Part shown: in pieces, positions 27,138 to 32,000 of the stretch
Numbering within the stretch: position 1 is the stretch's first letter
How the letters are laid out: each line of letters starts with the position of its first letter
Assembly (NCBI GenBank): GCA_942493105.1
Contig: OW818668.1
Span: 1,530,001-1,562,000 of the forward strand
Length of the DNA: 32,000 nt
Origin: an uncultured Erysipelotrichaceae bacterium
GTDB lineage: Bacteria; Bacillota_I; Bacilli_A; Erysipelotrichales; Erysipelotrichaceae
Reading direction: 5' to 3'
Notes under the pieces: model-generated
The model's database searches: none
What the model was told of the DNA's origin: nothing
The model's input: only the letters and a program-made list of their open reading frames with translations
Made by a program: the position numbers and the translations under genes

Positions 27138-28226
27138 ATGAAAATCTGTATCGTAACCGGTGGAACCGGTGGCCATATTTATCCTGCAGTGTCTTTGGTT
27201 CATGCATTATTGGATCAAGATCCAACCCATGAAATTTTCTTTATTGGGAATAATGATCGTATGGAAGCGACTGAGATTCCTGCCTTGGGCTTTGATTTCA
27301 TAGGTTTGCCTGCGAAAGGTTTCAATGGATCTTTTTTAGCGAAGTTCGCCGCATTAAATGCCTTGATGAAAAGTCGATCCATTGCGATCGATCTTTTAAG
27401 GCAAAGAAAACCAGATATCGTCATTGGTTTTGGGGGATATGTTTGTGTACCAGTCCTACAGGCAGCTTTTACTTTAAAAATCAAAACGATGTTGCATGAA
27501 CAAAACTCGGTTGTTGGAAAAGCCAACAAAGTATTGATGGGTAAAGTTGATGCGATCGTATGTGCCTATGAGGCAAATCTTTCTGTTTTTCCTAGTGAAA
27601 AAACAAGACTTTTAGGTAATCCTAGAACATATGAAATCAAACATCATCAACAAAGCTCCAGTATGTATGATACTTATCACTTAGATCCAAAATTACCTAC
27701 AGTATTGATCGTCATGGGTTCACTCGGCTCTGAAACCGTCAATGCACTGATGCCAAGAGCTCTTGAACTGTTTAGTCAAGCCAATATCCAGGTCATTTAT
27801 GTGACAGGCAAGAAACATTATGATGAATTCATCAAGGATGTACAGCCGCTCAAACATATCGTTGTGGTCCCTTATGTCGATCAATTGACTTTGATGCGTC
27901 AAATAGATTTGATGGTCTGCAGAGGCGGAGCCACTACAGCTGCAGAATTGACCGTTCTTGAAGTTCCTTCCATCATTATTCCTAGTCCCTATGTTCCAAA
28001 TAATCATCAATATTATAATGCCAAAGCTTTGTTTGATGCCAAGGCAAGCGAATTGATCCAAGAAAAGGATTTAAGTGCTGAGGCATTGTATGAACGCGTT
28101 AAGAGCTTGATATCAGATCCAGATCAACTCAAAATCATGAAAAATAATTCCAAAAATCTAGCCAAAGCAGACGCTGCTGAAGATATGATCTTATGGATCA
28201 ATGAACTTGTACATGGGAAAAGATAG
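27138..28226 (+). CDS. murG: UDP-N-acetylglucosamine--N-acetylmuramyl-(pentapeptide) pyrophosphoryl-undecaprenol GlcNAc transferase
   Basis: MKICIVTGGTGGHIYPA N-terminal G-loop and the C-terminal GGATTAAEL motif. Confidence 0.95.
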   Translation: MKICIVTGGTGGHIYPAVSLVHALLDQDPTHEIFFIGNNDRMEATEIPALGFDFIGLPAKGFNGSFLAKFAALNALMKSRSIAIDLLRQRKPDIVIGFGGYVCVPVLQAAFTLKIKTMLHEQNSVVGKANKVLMGKVDAIVCAYEANLSVFPSEKTRLLGNPRTYEIKHHQQSSSMYDTYHLDPKLPTVLIVMGSLGSETVNALMPRALELFSQANIQVIYVTGKKHYDEFIKDVQPLKHIVVVPYVDQLTLMRQIDLMVCRGGATTAAELTVLEVPSIIIPSPYVPNNHQYYNAKALFDAKASELIQEKDLSAEALYERVKSLISDPDQLKIMKNNSKNLAKADAAEDMILWINELVHGKR

Positions 28227-29040
28227 ATTAACACCTTTTGAACGACTGGATTCTCCATCCAATCATAAGCTAGAAGGACCCCAAGTCGATTCAGTCGATG
28301 TCTTGATTCAACAACGCAAAAAAACTCAAAAGATGATGCGTAGAAATAAATGGCTCAAACGTTTAGGTGTCTTTATTTTGACCTTGACTTTGTCTTTTTT
28401 ATCATATGTTTATATTAGTTCACCCATGAGTAAATTGAGTCGGATCGAGATTGTAGGCAACCGGATTTTAGGTAAAAAAGAACTGATGAATACTTTAAAA
28501 ATAAGTGTTTCTGACCCACTATATACTCTGGATTTAGTTCAACTTAATTTGATGCTCAATCAGATCGATATGGTTGATCAAGGCATGATCACTTTAGAAA
28601 ACAGTAATACGATTCATATTGAATTAACTGAAAAAAGGGGAGTCGCTTTAGTCGTTTTAGAAAACGGGACCTTTCTTTTGAGTGGTCAAGGTGAGTTTAT
28701 TGAAATGACAGCTGAGCGGCTGCTGCTTAATCTTGATTTGCCTTTGGTCGTAGGAATGAGTGATCCTACAGAAATTTCGGATTTGGCACATATCTTAAGC
28801 ACACTAAATGATGAAATTTTGGTGAACATTTCTGAAATCCATAAGGAAAAAACAGCCTTTAATGAAGCTCAGATGCGTTTGATGATGCAAGAGGGAAATC
28901 AGGTTTTTGCCCCGCTTTCAGCCCTTTCAGCCCTAGATAAGGTCCTCCAAGTCGTAAAAGTCACCAATGAAAAGAACAGTTGTTTCTATATTGCAGACAT
29001 CAGTTTCAGTCTGGTTAAGGCAGAGTGTCCTACGCATTAA
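28201..29040 (+). CDS. divIB: Cell division protein DivIB/FtsQ-like (single TM + POTRA)
   Basis: Basic cytoplasmic tail, TM helix LGVFILTLTLSFLSYVYI, POTRA-like SRIEIVGNRILGKKELMNTL. Follows murG directly, as in dcw clusters. Start is either 28201 or 28213. Confidence 0.7.
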   Translation: MNLYMGKDRLTPFERLDSPSNHKLEGPQVDSVDVLIQQRKKTQKMMRRNKWLKRLGVFILTLTLSFLSYVYISSPMSKLSRIEIVGNRILGKKELMNTLKISVSDPLYTLDLVQLNLMLNQIDMVDQGMITLENSNTIHIELTEKRGVALVVLENGTFLLSGQGEFIEMTAERLLLNLDLPLVVGMSDPTEISDLAHILSTLNDEILVNISEIHKEKTAFNEAQMRLMMQEGNQVFAPLSALSALDKVLQVVKVTNEKNSCFYIADISFSLVKAECPTH

Positions 29041-29094
29041 TATTTACATCGTGAAGATTATGCTATATTATACATAAGGCTAAGGAGCGTTATT

Positions 29095-29457
29095 ATGTCC
29101 ATACACAAAGAAACTGAGTTGGGGAATATTAAAATATCCGAAGATGCCATCGCAACATTAGCGGGTGGTATCGTAACGGAAAGCTACGGCGTTGTCGGAA
29201 TGGCCTCACAAAAGTTACTGAAAGACGGTTTGGCTGAACTCTTGCGTAAAGAAAATTATGCTAAGGGCATCGTGGTCAAGGAATCCGCTGAAAAACAACT
29301 GGAATTGGATCTATATATTATTGTAGGCTACGGTGTCAAAATCACTGAAGTCGTTTATGAAGTTCAAAAGAAAGTCAAATACCAACTGGAAAAGACGCTT
29401 GAAGTTAAATTCAAATCAGTCAATGTTTATGTCCAAGGAGTAAGAGTCATCTCGTAA
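29095..29457 (+). CDS. Asp23/Gls24 family (DUF322, YloU-like) protein
   Basis: ISEDAIATLAGGIVTESYGVVGM N-terminal signature. 120 aa. AAGGAG SD. Paired with a downstream DAK2-domain gene, as in Firmicutes. Confidence 0.85.
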   Translation: MSIHKETELGNIKISEDAIATLAGGIVTESYGVVGMASQKLLKDGLAELLRKENYAKGIVVKESAEKQLELDLYIIVGYGVKITEVVYEVQKKVKYQLEKTLEVKFKSVNVYVQGVRVIS

Positions 29458-29460
29458 ACC

Positions 29461-31080
29461 ATGGAAAAACTAAACGGCAATAAATTCAAAGCGATGTTGG
29501 TCAGTGGGGCCAATAATCTTAGTAATCATCATCGTGAAATAGATGCTTTAAATGTATTTCCTGTACCCGATGGAGATACAGGCACCAATATGAACTTGAC
29601 TTTTACGTCAGGTGTCAAAGAAGCTCAAGCTCATCCAAGTACCCACGTCGGGGAAATTGCGAAGACCTTATCTAAAGGTCTTTTAATGGGAGCCAGAGGA
29701 AATTCTGGAGTCATCCTCTCTCAAATCTTCAGAGGGTTCTATCAAAGTGTAGAAGGCAAGAATGAATTGGATGCTAAGGATATCGCTTTGGCTTTTGTTA
29801 AAGGCACTGAAGTGGCCTACAAAGCCGTTATGCGTCCAGTTGAAGGAACGATCTTAACTGTATTGCGTGAAAGTGCACAAGATACATTAGTCTTTGTCGA
29901 AGAACAACATTCAAAAAACATCATCGCTGTATTGGATTTTATGATCAAAAGAGCGAAGATCTCACTAGAAAATACACCTAATCTATTACCCGTACTAAAA
30001 GAAGTTGGGGTCGTAGACAGTGGTGGTGCTGGATTTGTGGTTGTTTTAGAAGGATTTTTCTCTGAATTAAGTGGAATTCCTGTTGAATTGGTTGAAGATA
30101 CTGGTGAAATCGCCGGTGTACAATCGCAGCTTGAAAACGATGAATTTGGTTATTGTACAGAACTCATCATCAAACTCAATCCAGAAGTTATTCCTGACTT
30201 TTCTGAAAATCATTTACGTGAACAATTATCTGACTTAGGTAATTCAATCGTCGTCGTTCAAGACGAAGAAATCGTCAAGATCCATGTTCATACATTGAGT
30301 CCTGGTGATGTCTTGAATTTAGGCCAAGCCTATGGTGAATTATTAAAAATCAAATCAGATAATATGCAGTTGCAACATGAACATGCTGCTACCTTTGTTG
30401 CAGAACCTAAACCAAAGAAAAAATATGCTTTGATCGCTGTGGCATCCGGTGATGGATTGACTCGGTTATTTAAAGACGACTATCGCGTTGATTTAGTGAT
30501 CAGCGGTGGTCAGACCATGAATCCTGCCACTGAAGATTTTGTTGAAGCCATAAAATCTTTAAATGCTGAACATATCTTTATCTTACCAAACAATGCTAAT
30601 ATCATCCTTGCTGCTCAGCAAGCTGAATCTTTGATGGATGAAGTCGATGTCCATGTTATCCCAACCAAGAGTATCCCTCAGGGACTCAGTGCTTGTGTCA
30701 TGTTTAATCCACAAGTGGATGTCCATGAAAACTTAGCTGAAATGACAGAAGCATTTAAACATGTCAAAACAGGTTTGGTTACTTATGCCATTAAAGACAG
30801 TACGATTGATGGATTAAACATCAATGAGAATGATTATATGGGTATTCATGATAAGGCCATCGTAGTATCTGTTCCTTCTAGAGTAGAAGCGGTTCATACT
30901 TTACTTCATAACTTAGTCACATCAGAAGATGGTTTAATTACCTTGATTGTTGGAGAAGATGTCGATGAAGATGAACAAGCAGATTTGGAAACCTACATTA
31001 CGGAGCATTTCGATGCCTGCGAAGTGGATGTCCATAAAGGACATCAACCGGTGTACTCCTACATTATCGGTGTTGAATAA
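29461..31080 (+). CDS. DAK2-domain protein YloV family (DhaL-like N-domain + DegV-related C-domain)
   Basis: INALNVFPVPDGDTGTNM and ARGNSGVILSQ motifs of the Dak2/DhaL fold, in the conserved yloU-yloV-recG order. Confidence 0.85.
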   Translation: MEKLNGNKFKAMLVSGANNLSNHHREIDALNVFPVPDGDTGTNMNLTFTSGVKEAQAHPSTHVGEIAKTLSKGLLMGARGNSGVILSQIFRGFYQSVEGKNELDAKDIALAFVKGTEVAYKAVMRPVEGTILTVLRESAQDTLVFVEEQHSKNIIAVLDFMIKRAKISLENTPNLLPVLKEVGVVDSGGAGFVVVLEGFFSELSGIPVELVEDTGEIAGVQSQLENDEFGYCTELIIKLNPEVIPDFSENHLREQLSDLGNSIVVVQDEEIVKIHVHTLSPGDVLNLGQAYGELLKIKSDNMQLQHEHAATFVAEPKPKKKYALIAVASGDGLTRLFKDDYRVDLVISGGQTMNPATEDFVEAIKSLNAEHIFILPNNANIILAAQQAESLMDEVDVHVIPTKSIPQGLSACVMFNPQVDVHENLAEMTEAFKHVKTGLVTYAIKDSTIDGLNINENDYMGIHDKAIVVSVPSRVEAVHTLLHNLVTSEDGLITLIVGEDVDEDEQADLETYITEHFDACEVDVHKGHQPVYSYIIGVE

Positions 31081-31101
31081 GGGCTTTAGCCCTTTTCTTT
31101 T
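31079..31101 (+). terminator. Terminator-like hairpin after yloV
   Basis: AAGGGC / GCCCTT stem, loop TTTA, then TTCTTTT. It abuts the first possible recG ATG. Confidence 0.55.
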
Positions 31102-32000
31102 ATGGGAAACATTACTGTTCTTCGTTTAAGTTCAAAAATGATCGAGAAACTACATTTAGCCCAACTAGATTCATTGGAAGATTTATTGCGTCATTATCCA
31201 TCAAGATATGAAACCATCGAAGATCTTCCTTTTGATCAATGGAAAAAAGGGGAAAAGATCTCAATCGAAGGACAAATCATTTTGCCGGTCAGAACAAATC
31301 GCATCAAAGGCAAACTAAGTGTGTCTAGATTTATGTTTCAGACGCGTTATGGATTATTTAATGTTTCGATCTTTAATCGACCTTGGATTTCAAATATGAA
31401 AGGAATCATAACCATTTTTGGACGCTATGATGGTGAACATACCATCACTGCATTGCAGTATAAAGGTCAAGCATTATCAACCTTGATAGGAATTCATCCA
31501 GTTTATCGAGTAACTCGTGATTTAACCCAAGTAGAAATACAGAAAGTAATCGATAAAGCATTATCTTTACGCGATCTCGCACTCATCGAAGAGATCCCTG
31601 CAGATCTTAAATCTAAATACAAGCTTTTATCGATTAAGCAAGCATTGAAATGGATTCATCAACCGACAGGTTTCGAAGAACTGAAACAAGCTGTACGAAC
31701 TTTGAAGTATGAAGAATTCTTAAGATTTCAAACCAAACTACAGTTTGATCGACATGAGAATATTGAAGTTCAAGCAGGAAAGATGAAGTTGTTTGATCGT
31801 CGAACGATCCAACAATGGATTCCTCATCTTCCTTTTACATTGACCCAAGCACAATTAAAAGTGTTAAACGAGATATTAAACGACCTTCAATCCACAAAGA
31901 GGATGTATCGTTTACTACAAGGAGATGTTGGAAGTGGAAAAACTGTGATCGCTGCTTTAGCCATCTATGCGACCCATTTGGCTCATTTTCAAAGTGCAGT
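31102..32000 (+). CDS. recG: ATP-dependent DNA helicase RecG (5' part, continues beyond window)
   Basis: I translated by hand an uninterrupted frame from ATG 31102 to the window end (alternative in-frame ATG at 31138). It contains LEDLLRHYPSRYE, a wedge-domain region, FTLTQAQ and MYRLLQGDVGSGKTVIAALA (Walker A). It is missing from the ORF track because it has no stop in the window. Confidence 0.85.
   Translation, partial: MGNITVLRLSSKMIEKLHLAQLDSLEDLLRHYPSRYETIEDLPFDQWKKGEKISIEGQIILPVRTNRIKGKLSVSRFMFQTRYGLFNVSIFNRPWISNMKGIITIFGRYDGEHTITALQYKGQALSTLIGIHPVYRVTRDLTQVEIQKVIDKALSLRDLALIEEIPADLKSKYKLLSIKQALKWIHQPTGFEELKQAVRTLKYEEFLRFQTKLQFDRHENIEVQAGKMKLFDRRTIQQWIPHLPFTLTQAQLKVLNEILNDLQSTKRMYRLLQGDVGSGKTVIAALAIYATHLAHFQSA

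Noticed and set aside
29041-29094. Possible promoter upstream of asp23 (TTTACA ... TGCTATATT).
   Set aside because: The spacer is 15 bp to TATATT or 17 bp to the poorer TATTAT, so the assignment is ambiguous. It was not confident enough to list as a feature.
1-32000. Scanned intergenic regions for tRNA, rRNA, riboswitch or T-box, CRISPR repeats and toxin-antitoxin-sized gene pairs.
   Set aside because: Intergenic space is minimal. Apart from the rplU leader, it is explained by promoters, SD sequences and terminators, and no cloverleaf-like or repeat-spacer structure was evident by eye. A covariance-model scan would be needed to be definitive.

Overview
The window is a low-GC Bacillota-type chromosomal segment using the standard genetic code; TGA acts as a stop. 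Most of it is densely packed core housekeeping genes. These are rseP, smc-ftsY-ylxM, ackA, nrnA, dnaE, an OmpR/HisKA two-component pair, and a NPPY methyltransferase. They continue with a DUF554 protein, rplU-prp-rpmA-obg, ruvAB, murG-divIB, asp23-yloV and the 5' part of recG, which is absent from the ORF track because it runs off the window. I saw no tRNA, rRNA, CRISPR array, transposase or integrase. The one clearly accessory stretch is about 1195-7800, lying between rseP and smc. It holds an SOS-like damage-tolerance cassette. An XRE-HTH/S24-peptidase repressor (HdiR/LexA-like) is transcribed divergently from a Y-family DNA polymerase, an uncharacterised roughly 80-aa protein and an SRAP (YedK/HMCES-type) protein. 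The intergenic region carries two perfect 21-bp palindromic operators (TACTTGAA-N5-TTCAAGTA). Each sits on one of two back-to-back promoters, and the motif is not the Gram-positive Cheo box. The polymerase operon appears to continue by overlapping stop/start codons into a membrane-anchored beta-rich protein and a 938-aa secreted GH73-like glucosaminidase. That enzyme has tandem Ig-like repeats and a C-terminal type-I dockerin. This five-gene chain is the best candidate here for something not yet described, particularly the small ORF and the anchor/dockerin-enzyme pair. All functional calls rest on motif recognition by eye, since no database search was possible.
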